Of a stretch of DNA of 64,000 bases, positions 25,633 to 33,305 are shown one piece after another (the first letter of the stretch is position 1; each line of letters opens with the position of its first letter). This stretch comes from Patescibacteria group bacterium (GTDB lineage Bacteria > Patescibacteriota > Patescibacteriia > Patescibacteriales > WJLG01). The stretch is from the NCBI GenBank assembly GCA_041652555.1, contig JBAZHE010000004.1:657-64656 (forward strand), written 5' to 3'. The notes under the pieces were generated by a model. That model was not told the origin of the DNA and made no database searches. It saw only the letters and a list, made by a program, of their open reading frames with translations. Position numbers and translations under genes: made by a program.

Positions 25633-25765
25633 ATTACAAAAAATCAGCGAAAAAAAGAAAATCACAAAAAACAGAAAAAACTGAGAGATGTGGATAAATT
25701 TTTGCTCACGAAAATATTTTCTCAACACCAAGACCATTATCACTTTTAAAAAAAGATGTTATCCG

Positions 25766-25799
25766 AAAGATTTTAATTTGACAATTAAAATCTTTTTTT
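25766..25799. repeat. 34-nt perfect hairpin repeat, copy 2
   Basis: AAAGATTTTAATT-tgac-AATTAAAATCTTTTTTT, 167 nt after copy 1. A perfect DnaA-box 9-mer (TGTGGATAA, 25689-25697) lies between the copies. Confidence 0.7.
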
Positions 25800-25891
25800 A
25801 ATCAAATGTAAGCTAAATTTCTAACAACCCAAAATGCTATGATAATAATTAAAGAAACACTTTTAAAAAATAATTTTAATTTAATACAACG

Positions 25892-26401
25892 ATGGAAAAT
25901 GAAACTAAAAACTCAAACGACAAAGAAAGATTCCTTAAATTAAGATACGGATTATATGATTGGTTTATGTCAAACCGCTTTAGAGAACCAAAGTCTAAGG
26001 TTTTTTTTGCGATTGTCAGGCTTACGGACGGCTGGAATAAATCGGAGGCAATAATAAACGAAAGGCAACTGGCAAAAATAACAAAAATTAATTCAAGAAA
26101 CGTAGGAAGATACTTAAAATATATGCTTAACAAAAGAATCTTATTTAGACGTGATAGTGGAAAGAAAAAATATGGCAAAACAATGTATTTTTACAAGATA
26201 AACAGTCACATACGCCATCCAAAAGATGGCAGTGAAGAAAACCACCATTCAGAAGATGGCAATACAGCCATACCGCTTACGGCAAAAACCGCCATAAGCG
26301 AGATGGCTATTAAAGATATAAAAGAAATTAAAAATAAAGCTGTGCAAGAATCTATGGATAAACTTAAAAACTACAAAAAGGGCTACCTAGACGAACAGTA
26401 G
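25892..26401 (+). CDS. Phage replication protein O-like / DnaD-like wHTH replication initiator
   Basis: KVFFAIVRLTDGWNKSEAIINERQLAKITKINSRNVGRYLKYMLNKRIL matches my memory of the phage_rep_O N-terminal domain pattern (R.T.G..K....IS..Q.A..TG.....V.R....L....I). Confidence 0.55.
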   Translation: MENETKNSNDKERFLKLRYGLYDWFMSNRFREPKSKVFFAIVRLTDGWNKSEAIINERQLAKITKINSRNVGRYLKYMLNKRILFRRDSGKKKYGKTMYFYKINSHIRHPKDGSEENHHSEDGNTAIPLTAKTAISEMAIKDIKEIKNKAVQESMDKLKNYKKGYLDEQ

Positions 26402-26439
26402 AAAAAAGAAAACGAAAGAAAAAAGAAAAAATTGCGGAA

Positions 26440-27460
26440 GTAAAGGAACCTCCCCCTTTCTTTGTAAAAATTTCAAAAGAGACTTCCCCTTTTAAAAGAC
26501 TTTTGATTTTAAGATAGCTTGTAGATTTTCCGCCCGAAAAAATTAGCCCTCCCCTTTCATTACAACCTAATGGCCGGAGCAAGGACTTTGCAAGAGCCTC
26601 GCGGTAATTTCCGGCCGTAACTTAGATTGAACTTCGGTAAATGGTTTTTCCACAAAAAGATAGGCAGGGGTGAGAAAGAGAAAAAGAAAAAGATAAGCTC
26701 CTTTAAAAAACAGAATGAATAAGCGCCCCAAGCTCCCATATTAAATTATTAAAAAAAGATTGGGGCAATTATTCTTTCTGTTTTTCAGAAAATAATTTTT
26801 TCTTTTTCTCTTTCTCACCTCTGCCGAATTATATTCTATCCGACTACAAAAAAGTTTTCACAACCGAACGAAATGACTGATAAACATTTAGAAAGCCAAA
26901 CGCGATGAAAGAAGTTTTTTAAAAGCAAAAACATCCTCCCAAAAAAATATTATTTTTTGCTTTTAAAAAACTTCTTTGGTCGCGACAATGTTGCAAGATT
27001 GACTTTTAGAACGCAACCGCCGGAGCAATGACACAGGCAGAACACAAAACTTTTTCCCGGCGGAACTTAGATGAATTTCGCGAGAGCAACCGAAGCCAAC
27101 CACGACAGAATATTTTTCACTTGTCTCCGTTGCCTTACTTCGCATAACGCATATTCTCGCGAAGTAAGTTGAGAACGTTCTTTCTCCCCTATCTTAATTT
27201 AATTCGCGCGCGATTACCTTTGCTTGACCGAGATGTTTAAACGCGTCTACTTCCGCGAAATATTCGTTATGCGAAGTAAGGGTGCGAGAACGAAAGCTTT
27301 ACCTGTGTCTCCGACTATTTTCCACGCGAGCCAAGACGAATATAATCTAGTGACGAACTTTCGCGAGCGAAGCCTCAAAAACACCAAGACATCCATCTTA
27401 AAAAATGGTACAATACAAGAGTGCTTAAGGTGATAAAATCACCCCCTGTATTGTACCTTA
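26440..27460. other. About 1 kb ORF-free, relatively GC-richer, hairpin- and repeat-dense segment (candidate origin/iteron region or structured ncRNA)
   Basis: TCCCCTTT-type repeats (26450-26558). Long hairpin 26664-26824. Perfect 24-bp-stem hairpin 26901-26985. Two ~60-nt related units (26574-26637 and 27020-27080). 16-nt perfect inverted repeat 27133-27148 / 27266-27281. Hairpin 27407-27457. Confidence 0.6.
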
Positions 27461-27469
27461 ACAATTAAA

Positions 27470-27685
27470 ATGATTGGTTCCCACGCCAACAAAAAATTGA
27501 TAAACACCGCTGAATTAGCGGAATACCTAAGGTTATCAAAAACCTCTGTTTATCGTTTGATAGAGAAAAGATCCATTCGCTTTTACAAAGCCGGCGGACA
27601 CATTCTCTTTGATATTTATGATGTCGATGAATATCTAAAAAATAGATGCGTGGAACCGATAGAAAGAAAATATGGCAACATATAA
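27470..27685 (+). CDS. xis: Excisionase-family HTH DNA-binding protein
   Basis: LINTAELAEYLRLSKTSVYRLIEKRSIRFYKAGGHILFDIYDVDEYL (HTH_17 / excisionase pattern). Overlaps the integrase start by 14 nt. Confidence 0.75.
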   Translation: MIGSHANKKLINTAELAEYLRLSKTSVYRLIEKRSIRFYKAGGHILFDIYDVDEYLKNRCVEPIERKYGNI

Positions 27686-28771
27686 AAGAGGAAAGGTTTG
27701 GTATGTGCGTTTTCGTTACGGACGAGAAAGATGCGTTAAAAAATCTCCGGACAATTCTCCGTCTGGGGCCAAGGCTTTTGAAGCCAATTTAAGAAACCGA
27801 CTTGCTCGAGGAGAAAACATCAACTGCGAAGAAGAAAAAAAGACGGATATTTCTTTTGCCGATTTTTCCAAAAAGTTTTTTGATATTTATGTTAAGAATA
27901 ACAATAAGCTATCAGAGCAAATGCAAAAGAATTATGTTTTCAAAGCAAGGCTAATTCCTTTCTTTGGCAAAACTAAAATGTCTGAAATATCCAGTTTGCA
28001 AATAGAAGAATTTAAGGCTCACGTGCTTGGCACGGGAATTAAAAGAAAGACAGCTAATAATATTTTAACCATGTTAGCGAAATGTCTTAGAACTGCCGAA
28101 GAATGGGAAGTCATTGAAAAAATTCCCCGAATAAAAAAATTCAAAGTTGAGCCATGCGGTTTTGATTTCTTAACTGAAAAAGATATTGAAGATTTAATTG
28201 GGGCGGCTAAGGGAATTTGGAAAGACATGATTAAATTCGCGATTGATACTGGGCTAAGGCTCGGGGAAATAAGCGCGCTTGATTGGACTTGTGTTGATTT
28301 AAACAAGAAAACAATCACGGTAAGAAGATCTTACACAAAAGGTCAAATGTCATCGCCCAAGAGTAATAAGGAAAGACACATTCCAATGACCAGTCGAGTT
28401 TTTGAACTTCTGCAAAATCGTCCGGGAAGAATAGGATTAATTTTTTCTTTAGAGAATGGCAAACCGATAGAACAAAATCGATGCCGAAATCATATGCTGG
28501 CAATCTGTCAAAGAGCCAATCTGAGGCCTTTAAAATGGCACACGCTGCGTCATACCTTTGCAACTAGACTAATTAGCAATGGTGCCTCCATAAAAGCCAT
28601 ACAAGAGCTTTTAGGCCATTCGGAAAAGCCGTTACCATGAGATACGCTCATCTTGAGCCCAACGTTTTAAAAGACACTGTGGAAATTTTAGACAGTTTAG
28701 AGATTAGTGGGCACAGGGTGGGCACAAATGCCAAAATTTGCCTCCCGATAGAGGCAATAAAGCAATTTTAA
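27672..28771 (+). pseudogene. int: Tyrosine integrase, frameshifted just upstream of the catalytic Tyr
   Basis: Frame 1 ends ...HTLRHTFATRLISNGASIKAIQELLGHSEKPLP* (28640). A shifted frame continues MRYAHLEPNVLKDTV... to 28771. Restoring one A in GAAAAG (28623-28628) gives GHSEKAVTMRYAHL, the canonical box II. Confidence 0.8.
28708..28728. promoter_or_regulatory. 21-bp TGGGCACA-GGG-TGGGCACA-AA motif, right copy (candidate arm-type site)
   Basis: Exact match to 16598-16618. About 105 nt inside attR, within the frameshifted integrase tail. Confidence 0.4.
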
Positions 28772-28833
28772 AAATCAATTTTTACCCTTTAAATACAACA
28801 AAAAAAGGCCATTAAGCCTTTTTAAAATGAGGT

Positions 28834-28854
28834 GCGGAGAGTGAGGGATTTGAA
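28834..28854. repeat. attR core within the tRNA-Ser 3' end
   Basis: Exact 21/21 match to 16458-16478. Confidence 0.85.
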
Positions 28855-28919
28855 CCCTCGATGCCTTTCGACATGCACGCTTTCCAAGCGTGTGCACTAG
28901 ACCACTATGCGAACTCTCC
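28835..28919 (-). tRNA. tRNA-Ser (anticodon GGA), class II with long variable arm
   Basis: Manual fold of the 85-nt reverse complement. Acceptor GGAGAGT/ACTCTCC, discriminator G. D stem GCAT/GTGC. Anticodon stem CACGC/GCGTG with loop TTGGAAA. Variable arm ATGTC-GAAA-GGCAT. T arm GAGGG-TTCAAAT-CCCTC. No encoded CCA. Confidence 0.9.
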
Positions 28920-29008
28920 GATTCGAGTCTTCAATAAAAACCTAGCCTATTTTTAGCCAGGTATTTATTATATTATATTAAAACAAAAAATATTTCAACC
29001 CCTTAAAT

Positions 29009-30451
29009 TTACGGTTTTTTCTCGTGCCAATCAGTTATCTGTTCAAAATTATGGGCAATTTTAAAAATCTTATCCTCCCCAAAACGCGGACCGATTAATT
29101 GCATTCCTAAAGGCAAGCCACTATCAAAACCGCACGGTACAGATATTGCAGGTAAACCAGCTAAAGAAGCTGGAATAACAAAAATATCTTCCAAGTACAT
29201 TTGCAAAGGATTAGCGGAGTATGAACCAATTTTGTAAGCCCCCGTCGGTTGTGTCGGAGTTAAAATAATATCCACTTCTTTTAAAGCAGAATCTAATTCT
29301 TCTTTTATTTTTGTACGCACTTTCTGCGCCTGCAAATAATAAGCGTCTCGATAGCCGGCCGACAAGGCATAGGTGCCAAGCATTATTCTTCTCTTTGCTT
29401 CACGACCAAAACCTTGACCGCGTGACTTGGTATAAACTTCTAGCAAATCTTTACCCTTAACTGATAATCCGTATCTTATTCCATCAAAACGCGCCAGATT
29501 AGAAGATATTTCCGAAGGAGTGATAATATAATAAACTGGTACGGCATACTTTGAATGCGGTAAACTAATTTCTTTAAATTCAGCGCCTAGCTCGGTGAAT
29601 TTCTCTTTTGCTTCGTCAATGGATTTGCGGACAGATTCTGACAATCCTTCTCCATAATATTCAATTGGCAAGCCAATTTTAATTCCCTTTAAATTTTCTT
29701 TGTTAAGAGAATTTATTTTAACCAGTTCCTCTGGCGTTGAAGCGTCATACCTGTCATGCCCGGCAATTACTTGCAAAACTAAAGATGCATCCTCGACGGT
29801 TTTTGTTAAAGGGCCTGGAACATCAGTAGATGAAGTCATAGACATTAAACCAAAACGCGAAGAACGGCCGTAAGTAGGCTTTAAGCCAACAATACCGCAA
29901 AAAGACGCAGGGCAACGAACAGAACCACCTGTATCAGTTCCTAGGGCAAATAAACACATATCAGAGGCCACGGCCGCTCCGGAACCGCCGGAAGACCCTC
30001 CAGGAACGCAATCTAAATTCCAAGGGTTATGTGTTGGGCCAAAAGCACTATTTTCCGTAGAACCGCCATGAGCAAATTCATCCAAGTTAGATTTTCCAAG
30101 GAGCACTGCTCCGGCTTCGCGTAATTTTTTAATTATTGTCGCATCAAAAGGCGCGATATAGTTTTCCAAAATTTTTGAGGCAGCAGTTGTTTTGACTCCC
30201 TTGGTTAAAATATTATCTTTAGCAATATAAGGAATACCCAAAAGCCCGCCCTTCTCCCCGCTAGCTCGGCGTTCATCAGCCTTTTTTGCTTCTTCCATCG
30301 CCTCATTCTCGCAAACCGTCAAAAGCGCTTTTATTTTATCGTCAACTTCTTTTATTCTATCAAGACAAGCGCGAGTCAAATCAACCGAAGTTATTTCTCC
30401 AGCATTCAATTTGTCCAGTGCTTGTTTTATTGTCAGTTGATTTAAAAACAT
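29009..30451 (-). CDS. gatA: Glu-tRNA(Gln)/Asp-tRNA(Asn) amidotransferase subunit A
   Basis: Amidase signature GGSSGGSGAAVA. Typical N-terminus (LTIKQALDKLNAGEITSVDLT). 480 aa. Confidence 0.9.
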   Translation of the reverse strand: MFLNQLTIKQALDKLNAGEITSVDLTRACLDRIKEVDDKIKALLTVCENEAMEEAKKADERRASGEKGGLLGIPYIAKDNILTKGVKTTAASKILENYIAPFDATIIKKLREAGAVLLGKSNLDEFAHGGSTENSAFGPTHNPWNLDCVPGGSSGGSGAAVASDMCLFALGTDTGGSVRCPASFCGIVGLKPTYGRSSRFGLMSMTSSTDVPGPLTKTVEDASLVLQVIAGHDRYDASTPEELVKINSLNKENLKGIKIGLPIEYYGEGLSESVRKSIDEAKEKFTELGAEFKEISLPHSKYAVPVYYIITPSEISSNLARFDGIRYGLSVKGKDLLEVYTKSRGQGFGREAKRRIMLGTYALSAGYRDAYYLQAQKVRTKIKEELDSALKEVDIILTPTQPTGAYKIGSYSANPLQMYLEDIFVIPASLAGLPAISVPCGFDSGLPLGMQLIGPRFGEDKIFKIAHNFEQITDWHEKKP

Positions 30452-30462
30452 ATTTTATAAAT

Positions 30463-32955
30463 TTAATTTGTATTTTCAAGAATTAAAGCTATCTCCATTA
30501 AACTATCAAAATAATAAACTTCTTTTCCAGCTGGTTCATTTAAAATCTCACCTCGACAAAAAACGCATTTCAACCCAGCGTCAAGAGCTGATTTTATACC
30601 ACGAGGTGAATCTTCAACGGCCACACAAAACTTTGGATCAATGGCTAATTTATCAACTGCTTTGCTGTAAGGATGTGGAAATGGTTTAGTAAATTCAGTA
30701 TCCTCTCGAAAAATACAAACATCAAAAATATCTTCAACATTGTATTCCTTTAAAATAATGTCTATAAATTCCTTTTTAGAAGAAGATACAAGCCCGATTT
30801 TATAACCCATTTCTCTTATTTTTTTTATAGCAAACATATTTACGGCCAACAAATCACTAAAAGAATATTTTTTAAGAGTCTCTCTATAATCATCATAAAC
30901 TAAATTCATAAAATCCTCTTTATTAGAAAAACTAGACAGCTCCGCAATGTCAAAAAGTTTATCATATTCTTTAAGTTCATTTTCAACATAATCAACCAGG
31001 CTAATTTCTTTGCCAGAAAGTTCTTTAACAACTTTAGAAAAAGATGAGAAAAAAATATGTTCCGTTTTGGCAATTGTTCCATCAAAATCAAATAAAAAAA
31101 CTTTAGCATTTTTCTTATTTAACACATTTTCAGATAAATAATCAGCTACGTAATCGCGGTAAGGCTTATCAGCTCTCTCTAGATTATTTATTCCAGTATT
31201 GCTTATTAATTTAAACAATATTTTAGTCAGCTCATCTTTCTTTAAAATCCACTCAGGCGAATTTGCTAATATTTCAAACTCAACAAATAAACCTATGCCT
31301 CGCAAATTATCAATACATATATTTTCAAAATAACTACCAAGATTTCTACTGAAAACAATTCTTTCTTTTTCAACAGTATTATATTTAAAATACCCCAATG
31401 ATGGTAAAAAAAATTTAATACTATTTGCTGACTCTGGCGACATCGGAGCATTATGTTCCACTTTTGAATAAAAACCAGAGAGAGAAGATGATTTGCCTTT
31501 AAAAGTAAGTTCAGAATATTTTCCTGATGATCTTAATCTTAAACAGGTTCTATTTTTAATAAACTCACCTTTTACATCAGAAAAATATTCATCTTTTTCC
31601 ACGTTTAAATCAGATCTAGAAAAACCATTTTTTTCACAAAATTCAATTAAAGAATTCTTATCTTTCAAAAAGAACTTATCTTCAACCTCTATATAATTTT
31701 TTAAAACCCCTTTCTTGTGTTTTTTGTTTATCGTAGCAATTAAATATTTACCTTGAATATTTTTAAACTCTTTAAAATCGACCTCAGCATTGTCTTTAAA
31801 AAATTCTTTAATAACGGATTGAAAATTTTCTTTATTAAAATATGAGCCTCCAACATCTTTTAAAAATCCTGAATACCAATATTTATTTAATAACATCGGA
31901 AATAGGCCAGTTTTTCTCGGGTCTTCTATTTCAATAATAACTATTTTATCAGCGACCCTAAAACAATTAGCAAATAATCCAAAAAGTTCTTCCCTGCTAG
32001 ATATGTGATGAAGAGTATTAGAACACACCGCCACATCAAAAGACGTATCACTGAAAGACAAATAGGAGGCATTGTGATTTGTAAAAAGAATCCTTTTGCC
32101 TTCTCTTTGTCTTGTATTTATTTGACTCCAACTAACATCATTAGCTACTGCATAATTAAGATTTTTTCTGTTATAAATCTCACTAATTAAACGACTATCA
32201 CCACAAGAAACATCAATCAGCGACTTACAATCGCCAATTTCATTATTAATAACTTCTAAAAATTTCCTTTTTCTCTTGAGGGTGGGGGTTAAAATAAACC
32301 TTTTTACCAAAACATCGTGAATAAAATATCTCCATTTAACTTTTTCGTTGGTAGAAATCTCTTTCTCTAACGGGCGAGACTTAAATTTTTTAATATATTC
32401 CGAACATATTCTCACAACCTCTCTATTGGCATATCTATTAATGTTTTTTAACTCTTCTTGATTTATTTTTACAAACCTGCCTTTAGCCTCGTAAAAATTA
32501 AAATCTTTTTTGTTTCTTATTCTAGCAGAAAACGCCAACCCAAAATGACAACAAGTATTGCCATTAAAAATAAATTCATTATGAACAAACGCGATAGGCT
32601 CTATCTCGCCAAGCATCATGTCTATATTATTATCTTCGCTGATTTCTTTTAAAATTCTCTTTACTGCGGTGTGAATATCTTCATTTTTTTGAATACTGCC
32701 TCCGGGCAAAGACCAAAAAAGTTGTTCTTGGATATTTCTTTCAAGATAAACATCTCCATCTTCATCATAAACGGTTAAGAGTATAAAATATTTTCTTTTT
32801 AGACAATATTCGAAAAGTTCTTCAGATACATTGCCATGATATTTTATAACTGATAAATTGTAAATCTTTTTGTAAATATCAAAAGCAAAACCAATATAAT
32901 CAGTTTTTTCTTTGAACACCTTATCTAGATAAAAATTTTCACAATTACTTTCCAT
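30463..32955 (-). CDS. 830-aa four-domain fusion: Nudix-like, class I SAM methyltransferase, CYTH (triphosphate tunnel), HAD phosphatase
   Basis: Nudix-box-like GGSIQKNEDIHTAVKRILKEISE (RE/EE positions degenerate). MTase LIDVSCGDSRL ... VAVCSNTLHHIS. CYTH ExExK in YIEVEDKFFL. HAD VFLFDFDGTIAKTE ... VEDSPRGIKSALDAG. Confidence 0.7.
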   Translation of the reverse strand: MESNCENFYLDKVFKEKTDYIGFAFDIYKKIYNLSVIKYHGNVSEELFEYCLKRKYFILLTVYDEDGDVYLERNIQEQLFWSLPGGSIQKNEDIHTAVKRILKEISEDNNIDMMLGEIEPIAFVHNEFIFNGNTCCHFGLAFSARIRNKKDFNFYEAKGRFVKINQEELKNINRYANREVVRICSEYIKKFKSRPLEKEISTNEKVKWRYFIHDVLVKRFILTPTLKRKRKFLEVINNEIGDCKSLIDVSCGDSRLISEIYNRKNLNYAVANDVSWSQINTRQREGKRILFTNHNASYLSFSDTSFDVAVCSNTLHHISSREELFGLFANCFRVADKIVIIEIEDPRKTGLFPMLLNKYWYSGFLKDVGGSYFNKENFQSVIKEFFKDNAEVDFKEFKNIQGKYLIATINKKHKKGVLKNYIEVEDKFFLKDKNSLIEFCEKNGFSRSDLNVEKDEYFSDVKGEFIKNRTCLRLRSSGKYSELTFKGKSSSLSGFYSKVEHNAPMSPESANSIKFFLPSLGYFKYNTVEKERIVFSRNLGSYFENICIDNLRGIGLFVEFEILANSPEWILKKDELTKILFKLISNTGINNLERADKPYRDYVADYLSENVLNKKNAKVFLFDFDGTIAKTEHIFFSSFSKVVKELSGKEISLVDYVENELKEYDKLFDIAELSSFSNKEDFMNLVYDDYRETLKKYSFSDLLAVNMFAIKKIREMGYKIGLVSSSKKEFIDIILKEYNVEDIFDVCIFREDTEFTKPFPHPYSKAVDKLAIDPKFCVAVEDSPRGIKSALDAGLKCVFCRGEILNEPAGKEVYYFDSLMEIALILENTN

Positions 32956-32959
32956 AAAA

Positions 32960-33258
32960 TTAATCTTGTTCTAGAACTTTTTTCACTTTAATTTGATTCC
33001 CTAAAAGGCCGTTTGGAGATTGGGCAAACGCAGCTTCGCGTTCGTCTTTTGACCACTCCTCTACTTCATCGGCGCGCCAAACATCGAACAGGCCAGTAAC
33101 TTGCGCAGTTGGCTGAACATTAGTAGTATCAACTTCTTTTAATTGATCAATAAAATTTAAAATATTAGAAAGCTGAGGCGTTAGCACGTCGATTTCTTCC
33201 TCGGAAATTCCAGACGGGCAAGCGCCGCGACTTTTTTAACTTCATCTTTAGATAACAT
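32960..33258 (-). pseudogene. gatC: gatC with a 1-nt frameshift (or homopolymer sequencing error)
   Basis: ATG at 33258: MLSKDEVKKVAALARLEFPRKKSTC*. The other frame continues (V)LTPQLSNILNFIDQLKEVDTTNV.... Adding 1 nt near GGAATTTCC (about 33203-33211) gives ...LARLE(I/F)SEEEIDVLTPQLSNIL. The span is 299 nt, one short of 100 codons. Confidence 0.75.
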
Positions 33259-33305
33259 AAAATTAAATATTCTAGATTCCCGTTTTCACGGAAATAACAC
33301 GCTGT

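Larger units (their letters stand above)
16458..28854. mobile_element. Integrated genomic island / integrative element in the 3' end of tRNA-Ser(GGA); probably composite
   Basis: 21-bp direct repeat GCGGAGAGTGAGGGATTTGAA at 16458-16478 and 28834-28854, the latter being the tRNA 3' end. xis and a tyrosine integrase sit next to the tRNA. Interior is visibly more AT-rich than the flanks. Cargo: R-M, lexA, rep and an rSAM peptide operon. Confidence 0.8.

Noticed and set aside
25689-25697. Perfect DnaA box TTATCCACA as proof of an origin
   Set aside because: One 9-mer match in about 128 kb of two-strand search space is roughly what chance predicts. It is kept only as supporting context for the hairpin pair.
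26364-27433. Small ORFs 26364-26582 (-), 26963-27145 (-) and 27224-27433 (+)
   Set aside because: There is no SD or start context. Their sequences are generated by the inverted and direct repeats themselves (e.g. MRSK... appears on both strands from the same palindrome). The region is treated as non-coding.
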